From an uncultured bacterium (GTDB taxonomy: Bacteria; Zixibacteria; MSB-5A5; GN15; FEB-12), in assembly GCA_965372795.1 (NCBI GenBank), contig CBDVDR010000023.1, positions 1-44,955 on the forward strand: a DNA stretch of 44,955 nt, in the 5' to 3' direction. This document shows, piece by piece, positions 35,737 through 44,955 of the stretch. The notes beneath the pieces are model-generated. The model made no database searches. It was not told the origin of the DNA and saw only the letters and a program-made list of their open reading frames with translations. The translations under genes and the position numbers were made by a program. The first letter of the stretch is position 1; each line of letters starts with the position of its first letter.

Positions 35737-37705
35737 AGGACACCTCCTTTACGATAGCATCATAAAGTTTTCCAATAGCAATGTTTCCGATGGCGGTGCT
35801 GCAAAGCTGTCCGGTGACCCATCTGGCACAGGCGGTTTGGCTGGTATTGTATTTCCGTCTGTTTTTTCGGAACAGTTTGATCAGTTCAGGGATTTTTTTA
35901 ATAATTTCTTTTTCAGTCAATTTTTTGTAACCGCATTCAATTAGAGCTTTTTCAAAATCTTCATCAGGATATTCATGCACAATCGGGAGGAGAATTAAGA
36001 ATATATCTTTATCGAGTTTTTTGTTTTCGATAAATTCGGCTAACTTATATAAATAGCCATAATCTTTGGTATTAAAAACACGAAGGGTCCCTTCAATGTT
36101 TTTGAGGTTATGCCCGAAGAGACAACCGACAAATTTTGGGTCCCATTTTAAATCATTCACAATTTTTTCAATAATCGGCACTAAATTTCTACGAAGGATA
36201 TAACGATGAGTATCAATCGGGATTTTCCATTCATCCAACAGGGTCATCCGGGTTGAAACTTCAGCCGGAAGATCAGCACTGCAGCGAGCGACTAATTCAT
36301 TGTCGAGTTTCATCGGGGCAGTGTCAGTATCGGGATACATCCGGTCGGCTCCGGGAAGCACCCGTTCAAATATAGTTGTGCCATCGGGGAACGATTTTCT
36401 GGTTTCATTCGGCACGCCATCAAATGCCAACCGTCCGCGTTCTTCGATAGTCTCAAGCGCCATCGGGATATCTTTTTCAGGTCCCCAGATAATTAAGACG
36501 CCGTCATCATCAGAAGCCTGAACAAGGTCGCGAAGAGTTGAAGATATATTAGAGATTGTCATATTTGGTTTTTCAATACAAGCGATAACTTTTAGACGTT
36601 GAGAAATTTCATCGGCAAAAATCTGTCCCGGTTGTGTGAAGTATGACAGGGTCTCAGAGAAGCCCGGCATTTTCACCACATAAACCTTGTCATTATCAGG
36701 AGTTTTGATTTTTAATTCAGGATAAATCTCAGGGTTAATTTGTTCGGAAGAAATTTTCCATTGGTCCGGATCGGAGATTTTCTGATTAAGCAGCTCTTTA
36801 ATATTCAGCAGAGCTTTTTGGCGGAAGGCTTCGATGTGAGTCAGTTCTGCAATCCAGCTAATATGGGCGACACCTTTTATCTCTACCCGGGTTCCACCGG
36901 TAATACTGACATTAACATCCTGCCTTGCCGCTCCGATACCGGTGCGGACTTTTCCAGAACTACGGGCGAGGTAGCTGAGATACTGTCCGGCTTCGACAGC
37001 TTCATCCGGATTTAACATATGCGGATAAGTTACCATCTCAATCAGAGGCATTCCCAGACGGTCGGTCATATAGGTACGATTGTGACCAATATCAGAAACT
37101 TCGCGACAGGAATCCTCCTCGATAGAAATTTGAATAATGCCGACTTTTTTATTTTTTAATGGAATTTCGCCATCAATCCCAAGTATTCCGGTTCGTTGAA
37201 AACCGGTGGGGATGCTTCCATCAAGATATTGTTTACGGGCAATATGAAGTTCGCCGACAATTTTTGTTTTTAAAAGGAAAGCAATTACAAGAGCCTTTTC
37301 GAGGGCTTCCCGATCCATCAGAAAAGGAGGTGTGTCGTCAATTTCATAAGTACAGGCAGTTTTATTTTTTAACCGATAAGTAATATTTTTTTTTGTTTTG
37401 AATTCCATCAGGGCTGTGCCGTCATATTCACCAAGCTCACTTAAAGTAGGACGCATATGTCGAATTACCTCAGCATCATAATCATCCGCCTGCTGAAATA
37501 TTCCGGCAGGACAGCGGCAAAATAATTTTTGTTTGGTTAGAAGCTGTTGATGGATTTCCAAGCCGCACATAAATCCGAGATCGGTATATGTTTTTTGGGT
37601 CGCTTCGTTACGGGGTAAATATCCTAATTCTTTTTTTGATATTTCAGTTTTTTCAATTATTGAAGAATCTTCACTAATCTTAGAATTCCCAAGTTCTAAA
37701 GCCAT
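35729..37705 (-). CDS. gatE: Glu-tRNA(Gln) amidotransferase subunit E (archaeal type)
   Basis: GLEIHQQL..KLFC.CP, RPTLSELGEYD, DGSIPTGFQRT, EEDSCR, DRLGMPLIE, RQDVNVSI.GG.RVEIKGV, GVPNETR, LPGADRMYPDTD; 658 aa with a central insertion domain; lacks the GatB YFYPD motif. Confidence 0.95.
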   Translation of the reverse strand: MALELGNSKISEDSSIIEKTEISKKELGYLPRNEATQKTYTDLGFMCGLEIHQQLLTKQKLFCRCPAGIFQQADDYDAEVIRHMRPTLSELGEYDGTALMEFKTKKNITYRLKNKTACTYEIDDTPPFLMDREALEKALVIAFLLKTKIVGELHIARKQYLDGSIPTGFQRTGILGIDGEIPLKNKKVGIIQISIEEDSCREVSDIGHNRTYMTDRLGMPLIEMVTYPHMLNPDEAVEAGQYLSYLARSSGKVRTGIGAARQDVNVSITGGTRVEIKGVAHISWIAELTHIEAFRQKALLNIKELLNQKISDPDQWKISSEQINPEIYPELKIKTPDNDKVYVVKMPGFSETLSYFTQPGQIFADEISQRLKVIACIEKPNMTISNISSTLRDLVQASDDDGVLIIWGPEKDIPMALETIEERGRLAFDGVPNETRKSFPDGTTIFERVLPGADRMYPDTDTAPMKLDNELVARCSADLPAEVSTRMTLLDEWKIPIDTHRYILRRNLVPIIEKIVNDLKWDPKFVGCLFGHNLKNIEGTLRVFNTKDYGYLYKLAEFIENKKLDKDIFLILLPIVHEYPDEDFEKALIECGYKKLTEKEIIKKIPELIKLFRKNRRKYNTSQTACARWVTGQLCSTAIGNIAIGKLYDAIVKEVSCG

Positions 37706-37907
37706 TCAGTTTCCTATCTCAACTAACAGATTTCCGTTTCAAATCGTGAAAATAGTAACACAAAACCGGCACATTTTCAAGTGATTCCTGCTATTTATGG
37801 CTGTTTTTTAATGTTTCTTAACAGGTTATATTATAGCGATTTATGTAATAAATTTCAAGATTTTGCATTATGACCTGCTCTCCCTATGATTTACTGTAAA
37901 ATGAAGT

Positions 37908-38294
37908 TTATTTGTCATATTTTAAGAGTGTGCCCTGATGGAATATCATTTGCCAGTTATTATCAATACTCTCCCAAATAGAACTTCTCATAGAGTGAGA
38001 AATTTCAGTCTCACCCTTTTCAATAACCAATAACAGATAGGTCGCCAGAATCGTTTTATTTGAAAGTTTTTTAATCTCAAAATTCTTTATTTTCATTACC
38101 AGATGAATCAGCGAAGGCAATTCATCTAAAATTTGTTGTTTCGAATAAATTCGTCCGGAACTTCCAAATTCAATAAAACTGTCCGAGAGTAGATTTGACA
38201 GTTCATCAGTAGAATTTCGAATAGCAGGTTGGAGGAGTTTATCTTCGAGTTTGAAAATTTCTTCTTTTAAAGAATTATCTGATCTTTGAATCAT
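37908..38294 (-). CDS. DUF4440 / NTF2-like protein
   Basis: LLSDSFIEFGSSG, RSSIW, WQMIFHQGT. Confidence 0.85.
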   Translation of the reverse strand: MIQRSDNSLKEEIFKLEDKLLQPAIRNSTDELSNLLSDSFIEFGSSGRIYSKQQILDELPSLIHLVMKIKNFEIKKLSNKTILATYLLLVIEKGETEISHSMRSSIWESIDNNWQMIFHQGTLLKYDK

Positions 38295-38506
38295 GTAACA
38301 AAGTTAAGTATATCGGGTCACGAAGACAAGGGAAACAAGATAATCGAAGAGCTTGGTTTTTACACCTTTATCATGCCTTTTGGAAAGACAGGTATTCCAC
38401 ATTTCTTGTTTTTTGGACTATATTAATCCGTATTACAATTGCATAATGTTCTAAGAATTTATAATTAGAGAAGATATTCAAAACCATTTTATACAAGGAG
38501 ATAACA

Positions 38507-38782
38507 ATGCCACGATTTGTAATTGAAAGAGAGATTCCCGGCGTTGGGAAGTTATCAAAAGAGGAACTGCAAGGTATCTCGCAGAAGTCCTGTAGTGTGT
38601 TGCAGGAAATGGGTCCGCTGATTCAATGGGTCGAGAGTTATGTAACAAGTGATAAAATTTACTGTATTTATATCGCTGAAAATGAAAAAATGGTCCAGGA
38701 ACATGCCCAAAAAGGCGGCTTCCCGGCAAATAGTATTTCAGAGGTTGTAACAGTCATAGATCCAATAACAGCAGAAGTTTAA
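38507..38782 (+). CDS. DUF4242-family protein
   Basis: MPRFVIEREIPG, QWVESYV..DKIYCIY.A, HA..GGFPAN; AAGGAG RBS. Confidence 0.85.
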   Translation: MPRFVIEREIPGVGKLSKEELQGISQKSCSVLQEMGPLIQWVESYVTSDKIYCIYIAENEKMVQEHAQKGGFPANSISEVVTVIDPITAEV

Positions 38783-38878
38783 TTTTCTGTAATTCTTAAA
38801 CATCAAATGGCTATTTCCATCTTCAAACCAGAAATGGCTCGAAGATGGTATCGGTATCAAGGGTATTAAATCAATAGA

Positions 38879-40633
38879 TTATTTCAAAATCATATAGCCA
38901 TAGGCCGCCGGATCATATCTCCAGGGTAGCTGCCACATCGCCGATGAGTTTATTCGATAATGTTTCCGGCGGAAATTTAACCGCCATTTACTGCCTGATT
39001 GATTGTCCGCATTGATAACTGTCATAGGAATTTTCATTTCTACCGACCAAAAATTTGTGCCTTTGACAGCTTTGACTTCGTACTCGCCATTCCAGAAATT
39101 ATCTGATCCGTAAAAACCATCATAGCCGGCAGAAATCTTCTGGTCATAAATAGCCCCGTTAGGATTCACATAAATCTGATAAGCAGTATTGCTGTTAGCT
39201 TTTGACTCAAACATGAAGCCTACGCAATCCTCACTGTAAACCGGTTTGTCAAATTCTGTTATTTCTGCTTTTAACTCATCCATTTTTGACTCATGGCAAT
39301 ATGCCGCCAGATATAGATTTTCCTCATCATAAGCAATATAGAAGAAAGTTGAATCATCCTCGGTGATAGTATTATCAGAATTGAAAAACAGGGATTGAGG
39401 ATTTTTCCATAAATCTTCGTCAATGATTCCATCAATCACAGGAGCTTTATCTGTTTTATTACACACAGCCTCCCGAGCAATGGAAAGGTATTTTGATACC
39501 GGTTGTTTAATTTCATCGGAGTATGGTAAATTGATCGACAGGGAAGGAACCGGGTAAAGATTCCCGCTGGAACTAATTTTGAAACTAAAATTTTGCTCTC
39601 TCCCCGGTTCAATAGTAATTGGTTGTATCATCGGACTAATAATCCAACCCTCCGGGACATCCCAAGTAATAGTATCATTCACTGCTAGGTTGTTATTGAA
39701 ATTCATAATCTTTACAGACAGTTCTGATTCGGGAGCTTTCAGATTATCGGAGATTAAAAGATGACTCTTAAAAGATAATCCCCTATTCGTATTCATTGCA
39801 CTTCGGATAATTTCATCGGTTGTTATCACATCCCATTCTTGCACGGCACCGGCTTTGATTGGGGTAATTGTAATTTCGTTTTCAGTTATTGTCACGAAGG
39901 CAAAATGGTATCCCAAACTCCAGGGCATTTCCTGATAACCGCCGCCGGAACTTCCTATTGTTGTATATTTTATACCATCAAATTCAGCTGAAAAATATCT
40001 ATGAAAATGTCCGCAAAAAACAGCATCAACATTATATTGCTTGAATATCTCATGTAACCCGTCTTCTAATCCCATAGCAACGGTTTTGTACCAGAAAGGT
40101 TTGTGTATAAAAACCAGTCGGTGCTTTGCAGATTGAGATTTTTTTAAATCTTTCACCAGCCAGTCAATTTGCTCTTTGGGATAATTTTTAGAGGCTTCCC
40201 AGCGACTGTTATCAAGAACTGTTATATGAATAAATTTATGATCAAACGAATAATATGGATTATTCAAATAGTGTTGATACATTGTCAGCATTATATCGGT
40301 ATCAATATCATTATTACCTGGGGTGTAATAAACAGGCATTGAAAAATTTTGGACAATATTAAAATACTCTTCCCATTTAGAGACAAGAACCACCGAATCT
40401 GATTCCGGTCCTTCAATCATATCCCCCACCGTCATGACAAAATCCGGTTTAAGTAGTTCAATTTCATTTACGATCCCTTCATAAATTCCATCAACAGCTC
40501 CACCGGTACGATCACCTATTATTCCAAACCTGATCGGGGTTTCAAGATTTTCAGAAAATACGGACTGTGTTAACATCAATATTAAAAATATCATTGTGAT
40601 AATATTAACTGTTGCGGTTATTTTTCTAAACAT
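38879..40633 (-). CDS. Secreted calcineurin-like metallophosphoesterase with C-terminal CBM9-like domain
   Basis: Signal peptide; GDRTG, VGDMIEG, PGNND, HKP, GHFH; C-terminal PVIDGIIDE..W, YDEENLYLA, WSVEMKIP, WRLNF.R. Confidence 0.8.
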   Translation of the reverse strand: MFRKITATVNIITMIFLILMLTQSVFSENLETPIRFGIIGDRTGGAVDGIYEGIVNEIELLKPDFVMTVGDMIEGPESDSVVLVSKWEEYFNIVQNFSMPVYYTPGNNDIDTDIMLTMYQHYLNNPYYSFDHKFIHITVLDNSRWEASKNYPKEQIDWLVKDLKKSQSAKHRLVFIHKPFWYKTVAMGLEDGLHEIFKQYNVDAVFCGHFHRYFSAEFDGIKYTTIGSSGGGYQEMPWSLGYHFAFVTITENEITITPIKAGAVQEWDVITTDEIIRSAMNTNRGLSFKSHLLISDNLKAPESELSVKIMNFNNNLAVNDTITWDVPEGWIISPMIQPITIEPGREQNFSFKISSSGNLYPVPSLSINLPYSDEIKQPVSKYLSIAREAVCNKTDKAPVIDGIIDEDLWKNPQSLFFNSDNTITEDDSTFFYIAYDEENLYLAAYCHESKMDELKAEITEFDKPVYSEDCVGFMFESKANSNTAYQIYVNPNGAIYDQKISAGYDGFYGSDNFWNGEYEVKAVKGTNFWSVEMKIPMTVINADNQSGSKWRLNFRRKHYRINSSAMWQLPWRYDPAAYGYMILK

Positions 40634-40869
40634 CTTAAACTCCCTCTGTTCTAAATGTTTTTTGTAAAAAGTTAAATGAAATAGCTATAATAAAATTGAT
40701 CATTTGTTGGGATAAAATATATTAGAATCACATACCACTGTCAACTCTGCATTGGGTCATTAATTATGCAAATCTGATATCCAAAAACTCACACAAAATA
40801 ATACATTTTATAAAAAAATAACAGCGGACTTATCGTAACCGTAAATTCTCAAGTGTTTTTTGCATCTGG

Positions 40870-42528
40870 TTATTTTGTGATTTTGTTTGTAATGCCGTTC
40901 ATAGTCAGAATTTTTGTTACTACCTCGGAAGCCGTTACTAATTCCGACACAATAACATCGGCAGCACCCGCTTCGGTTAGTCGATAGACATCCTGCAAAT
41001 ATCTTGTGCGAACAAGAATATGTAAATTTGGATTGACACTTCTGGCAGCTTTTACAGCTTGTTCAATCGCAGTTTGATCGTTTACAACAATAACAAATGC
41101 CATAGCACTTGAAGCACCCAAATATCCAAGTACATCAGGGCTGGTTATGTCCCCATAGAAAATCGGTTCACCCCTTTTAAGTCCTTGTCGAACATTTTCG
41201 GGATTTATGTCGACAATCATATGAGGAATGTCGTTTTCATGTAGTGCCCTTGCCAAGTCGTGTCCCGCAAGCCCGTACCCACCGATGATTATGTGATTAT
41301 TCATCTTTGAAGAACTTTCAGATGCTTCTTCAGCCGTAGTCACATCCATAAGGCGAGTGAGGACTCGGAATTTTCCCACTCCAGCCGCAAGGGCAGGTGC
41401 CAGAGAAAGAGCAAATGGGGTGAGAAGCATCGAAAATACGGCTGCCGCCATCAGATTGCTGGCATGAGCCGGTTCGATCAATTGATAGGCCGCCGCCACG
41501 CCTAACATGACAAAAGAAAATTCTCCTATTTGAGCAAGGGCAGTACCTGCCATTGCACTAACCCGTACCGGCATTCGGATAGACAGTCCTGCAATAAATA
41601 CAATGATAAATTTTCCTATAATTATACTTATGACCAATACAACGATTGTACCAATATTGGGGATTATCGTTGCCAGATCCAATAACATTCCTACCGAAAC
41701 AAAGAATATAGATATAAAGATTTCTCTAAATGAAAATATATCTGCCATTGCCTGATGTCGATATCCACTTCCCCCAACGATCAACCCCGACAAAAATGCT
41801 CCCAGGGCGAGAGAAACTCCGGCATTAGCTGAAACCCAGGCAGTTCCAATACACACAAGTAAAACAGTCATGATAAATAAATGCCGCTGTCGAGTCCGAG
41901 CGACAATATCCATCAGTTTTGGAACCACTAATCGGGCAGCAACAAGTACCACAACAATGATTAGAATAGATTCAGCAAGAGTTGCAATAATACCGATTGA
42001 TGCTGATTCGGAATCACCTAAAAGTGGAATCAGCATTATCATCGGAACAACACATAAATCCTGAAAAATGAGAATCCCCATAATAAAACGCCCGTGCGGA
42101 GCGTCAATCTCACCGCGTTGCTCCAAACCTTTGAGAACAATCGCAGTACTTGAAACAGCCATAATAAATCCGGTTAATAGAGATGTTTCCCATGAAAGAC
42201 CGAATGATCTTGCAATCAGAAACGTCACTCCTATTGTAAGCCCTACCTGAATGAAACCGCCAATGAGGATAAGCTTCCAAAGCCGCCGAAGTCGATCAAG
42301 GGGAAATTCCAAACCGATTCCAAATAACAGAAGCGTCACGCCTATTTCAGCAAGCACTTTAACCTGGTGTAAATCATTTACCAATCCAAGTCCTTTGGGT
42401 CCAACCAACATACCAGCCACGATAAATCCTGCAATGGCGGGAATTTTGAGTCGATGAAAAATCGCTACAATTGCAACACCAACCCCCATTATAACGACCA
42501 TGTCTCTCAAATAATCTAATTCATTCAT
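40870..42528 (-). CDS. CPA2-family cation:proton antiporter with TrkA-N domain (KefB/KefC-like)
   Basis: LAEIGV.LLLFGIGLE, SSTAIV, GILIFQDL, FFVSVGM, QIGEFSFV; cytoplasmic IIGGYGLAG, YGD. Confidence 0.92.
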   Translation of the reverse strand: MNELDYLRDMVVIMGVGVAIVAIFHRLKIPAIAGFIVAGMLVGPKGLGLVNDLHQVKVLAEIGVTLLLFGIGLEFPLDRLRRLWKLILIGGFIQVGLTIGVTFLIARSFGLSWETSLLTGFIMAVSSTAIVLKGLEQRGEIDAPHGRFIMGILIFQDLCVVPMIMLIPLLGDSESASIGIIATLAESILIIVVVLVAARLVVPKLMDIVARTRQRHLFIMTVLLVCIGTAWVSANAGVSLALGAFLSGLIVGGSGYRHQAMADIFSFREIFISIFFVSVGMLLDLATIIPNIGTIVVLVISIIIGKFIIVFIAGLSIRMPVRVSAMAGTALAQIGEFSFVMLGVAAAYQLIEPAHASNLMAAAVFSMLLTPFALSLAPALAAGVGKFRVLTRLMDVTTAEEASESSSKMNNHIIIGGYGLAGHDLARALHENDIPHMIVDINPENVRQGLKRGEPIFYGDITSPDVLGYLGASSAMAFVIVVNDQTAIEQAVKAARSVNPNLHILVRTRYLQDVYRLTEAGAADVIVSELVTASEVVTKILTMNGITNKITK

Positions 42529-42884
42529 CGCAACTTCCAATTTTGTAATGAATATGATAGTTCTATCATTAGTAAATGATTATGCGATCAATAAACAATA
42601 AGAACTTTCAATCGTTTTATTTTATCAATTTGCATATTTTTCTTTTTACAATTATTAAAAGATGAATTATTAAAATATATTTCATCTTTACTGTTTTAGA
42701 ATCAGTGTAAGTTATATCGAAATTTCATTAACAGGGATACTTTTTTGATTAATTTATAGAAAAAAAGAACAATATATTAACAGATTTTATAATATTATCA
42801 GTCCTATGACCCCTATGTCGTTTATTTCTATAGGCTTAGACCTAAGATAAAGAAAGTGAACAATCCGGCTATTAATGCATTTTT

Positions 42885-42902
42885 TGTTGTATATTTACAA
42901 CA
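42885..42902. promoter_or_regulatory. Palindromic operator upstream of XRE gene
   Basis: TGTTGTA-TATT-TACAACA, 20 bp upstream of ATG 42923. Confidence 0.6.
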
Positions 42903-42922
42903 TTTTGTTATATATTATATAT

Positions 42923-43183
42923 ATGGTAAATAGAAAAATATATAACCGAATTGCAGTTCTCAGAAAAGAAAGAGGCACTTCACGAAAAGAATTGGCAGAC
43001 ACAATCGGAGTTAATTTCCAAACTGTTGGCTATCTTGAACGAGAAGAATATAACCCATCGCTTGATTTGGCATTTCGCATCAGTCAGTTTTTTGAACTTC
43101 CTATCGACCTGATTTTCTCAACTGAGCCTTTGCGACCATTGAGCGAAGAAATTCATAATCAAAGATTAAACAAGGAGAAATAA
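42923..43183 (+). CDS. XRE-family HTH transcriptional regulator
   Basis: NRIAVLRKERG.SRKELA..IGVNFQTVGYLER.EYNPSLDLA; likely start ATG 42923. Confidence 0.9.
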   Translation: MVNRKIYNRIAVLRKERGTSRKELADTIGVNFQTVGYLEREEYNPSLDLAFRISQFFELPIDLIFSTEPLRPLSEEIHNQRLNKEK

Positions 43184-43184
43184 A

Positions 43185-43619
43185 ATGTTACAACCCCTTT
43201 CGATTAAGTATCGCAAATTTTTTGTAATCATTAATTATATATGCCTGTTTTTGATGCTTGTATTGTTTTCTCTGGGCAAATATCAAGGTTGGAGTATTTG
43301 GATATTTGCCGGGTTGGCAGCTTTGTTAATTATTAACATATTAACTTTCAGAATACTCCATATAAATACTAAACTATGGCATCAATTTCATTCCAGAACA
43401 GAAGCTGCGAAACTTGACGAACGTCAGGTTAAAAGAACTTTGGAATCAATCAGGGGGGCCTATAACATATTTGCAGTAATAAGTCTTATGGTAATATTTA
43501 TAATTTCATGGATGGCAGGACAACATGATTCTATGCTTATGCTTGTCTATGTAGTTTTAATATATCTTGCTCATACATTGCCATCTTCGATATTAGCCTG
43601 GACTGAAAAAGAGATTTAA
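43185..43619 (+). CDS. Four-TM membrane protein (DUF2178-like) coupled to XRE regulator
   Basis: AAGGAG RBS; hydrophobic helices around LDERQ...AY. Confidence 0.7.
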   Translation: MLQPLSIKYRKFFVIINYICLFLMLVLFSLGKYQGWSIWIFAGLAALLIINILTFRILHINTKLWHQFHSRTEAAKLDERQVKRTLESIRGAYNIFAVISLMVIFIISWMAGQHDSMLMLVYVVLIYLAHTLPSSILAWTEKEI

Positions 43620-43906
43620 ATAACAAAGGTATTTTAAAAGCAGTTAGTTCTGTAATTATTTGAAGTTACGTTTTTTTCTAGAAATTATTGACTTAAAGTA
43701 ATAGTATTAATTTTCATTTTTCCAATTCTCAATCTTTGAAATTACTCAATCAAGCTTTTCGGAAGCATCTATTCTAATTATTCATGAACAATATTTTATC
43801 GATTGGAACTTTCTTGAATTAATAAATGTTTTTTAACTATATACATCAATTGTTGTCTATTTTTATCATATTTTTTAAATATTTTTTATTGTAGGAGAAT
43901 TTTTCT

Positions 43907-44332
43907 ATGAGAAAATTTATTACCATAAGCCTTATGGTGGTTTTTATAACAGTTGGGGTATCGACAGTTGTCATAGCTGGTGGTCCTCCGGCAGGAAATT
44001 TCTGGGCTGATGGTACGATATTTAGTACAGTAATAACACCTACGAATTTACCCGGACATGGACCTAAAGATGGTCTGTATGTGTTCGAGGGTCTTGATGG
44101 TCAGAATCCAGTTTCAGAAACAAAACCGGGTGACAAACACTACAATGGCGGACGTTGGCAAGTATATGTTCTTGAGTTTACATTGCTCGGTAAAGGAATT
44201 CACGATGCTGATGACGACGGCGCGGTTGATTTTCAATTATCCAGTTGGGGGATGGTGCAACATCATATTGGATTAGGACATTTAGTGCAAGTTGCGGTCG
44301 GACCTTCATTCGTGTGTCCATTAATTAAATAG
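43907..44332 (+). CDS. Secreted hypothetical protein
   Basis: AGGAG RBS; signal peptide; own terminator downstream. Confidence 0.8.
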   Translation: MRKFITISLMVVFITVGVSTVVIAGGPPAGNFWADGTIFSTVITPTNLPGHGPKDGLYVFEGLDGQNPVSETKPGDKHYNGGRWQVYVLEFTLLGKGIHDADDDGAVDFQLSSWGMVQHHIGLGHLVQVAVGPSFVCPLIK

Positions 44333-44361
44333 CTGCCAATTTTACGTTTAACAAATTGATC

Positions 44362-44393
44362 AAAAGCTGAGACTCTTATAGTTTCGGCTTTTT
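44362..44393 (+). terminator. Intrinsic terminator
   Basis: AAAAGCTGAGACT-CTTAT-AGTTTCGGCTTTT followed by T. Confidence 0.7.
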
Positions 44394-44449
44394 ATACTCA
44401 CCTGAAATCGCTTGATTACAAATTTACATAAGTTCCAATCTTGTTTATA

Positions 44450-44478
44450 TTGACATGGACTCTCCGGTAGGTTATATT
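44450..44478 (+). promoter_or_regulatory. Sigma70 promoter
   Basis: TTGACA-17 nt-TATATT upstream of the final ORF. Confidence 0.6.
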
Positions 44479-44546
44479 TTTTTCAATTAATCATAGGTAA
44501 TGTCGGTTCTCTGCTCAACATAAGATAATATATAGGGTAGGAAAAT

Positions 44547-44955
44547 ATGAACTTTGCAATTATTAGCGGAATTATTATATCTATTTTTATACTTTCACTA
44601 TTTATCCGACACCGACAGTTAGCTAACAAATTTAAAAAACTAAAAGAAAACTGGGGAAAGACTCCCCAATATACATTAGATATAGAATCAGCAAAATTAT
44701 ATTATGATTTCAAAAAAGATGATTCAAGCAATAACAGTTATTGTGTTGATGATGATACCTGGCGAGATTTGAATTTTAATGAAATATTCAAATTACTTAA
44801 TCATACTTCAACCCCCATCGGGGCGCAGTATCTATATTATCTGCTTAGGCATCCGGTTTTAGAACAAAAAATATTAGACAACCGGGAAAAGCTGATAAAT
44901 AATTTTTCTAATAATAATAAATTGAGAGAAAAAGTTCAGCTTACGATTCAAAGTT
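44547..44955 (+). CDS. N-terminus of a membrane-anchored MutS-related protein (runs off window; absent from ORF track)
   Basis: Manual translation MNFAIISGIIISIFILSLF...VDDDTWRDLNFNEIFKLLNHTSTPIGAQYLYYLLRHP, open to the window end; DDxTWxDL and G.QYLY..L..P are typical of MutS-domain-V-only proteins. Confidence 0.7.
   Translation, partial: MNFAIISGIIISIFILSLFIRHRQLANKFKKLKENWGKTPQYTLDIESAKLYYDFKKDDSSNNSYCVDDDTWRDLNFNEIFKLLNHTSTPIGAQYLYYLLRHPVLEQKILDNREKLINNFSNNNKLREKVQLTIQS

Noticed and set aside
34357..37705. Annotation as ordinary L-asparaginase plus GatB
   Set aside because: The GatD N-terminal domain, SDRPSSD motif, GatE-specific motifs, length and coupling of the two genes fit GatDE; the GatB YFYPD motif is absent.
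921..44276. Remaining short ORFs of 60-125 aa nested in or antisense to assigned genes
   Set aside because: They overlap confidently identified genes and show no motifs or RBS support.

Overview
AT-rich chromosomal window from a Gram-negative bacterium, probably an uncultured FCB-type lineage (inferred from the PorX-tsaE linkage and Bacteroidota-like proteins; not verifiable here). Left to right: tRNA-Met; lpdA; a PuuR-like regulator heading a spermidine biosynthesis operon (speD, ornithine decarboxylase, speE); a beta-barrel gene; mazG and valS; a ~13 kb minus-strand cluster mixing housekeeping and signalling genes (serS, kinase, porX-like regulator, tsaE, tsaB, rimI, accD, folC, two kinases, NtrC-type activator) followed by a sigma54-driven degenerate GGDEF gene; glnA; and an accessory right half. 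Two features stand out. (1) An intact, translationally coupled gatE-gatD pair, i.e. the Glu-tRNA(Gln) amidotransferase classically regarded as archaea-specific, in a bacterial context. (2) Directly downstream, a ~2.4 kb transposase-free element (31973-34356) that fills the gap between two convergent stop codons. Its two diverged, inverted 0.5-0.6 kb arms (MSKIT micro-ORF, paired AAACGAACCCATTT units 187-188 bp apart, covarying C-GAA-G mini-hairpins, REP-like palindromes) flank an AT-rich gene for a 2-TM protein with a PD-(D/E)xK nuclease-like motif. Smaller oddities: an apparent ATC start codon for lpdA, a GSI-beta-type glnA lacking the adenylylated tyrosine, and a candidate sigma54-dependent small RNA near the tRNA. 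All calls come from manual reading and motif recall; no searches were run.
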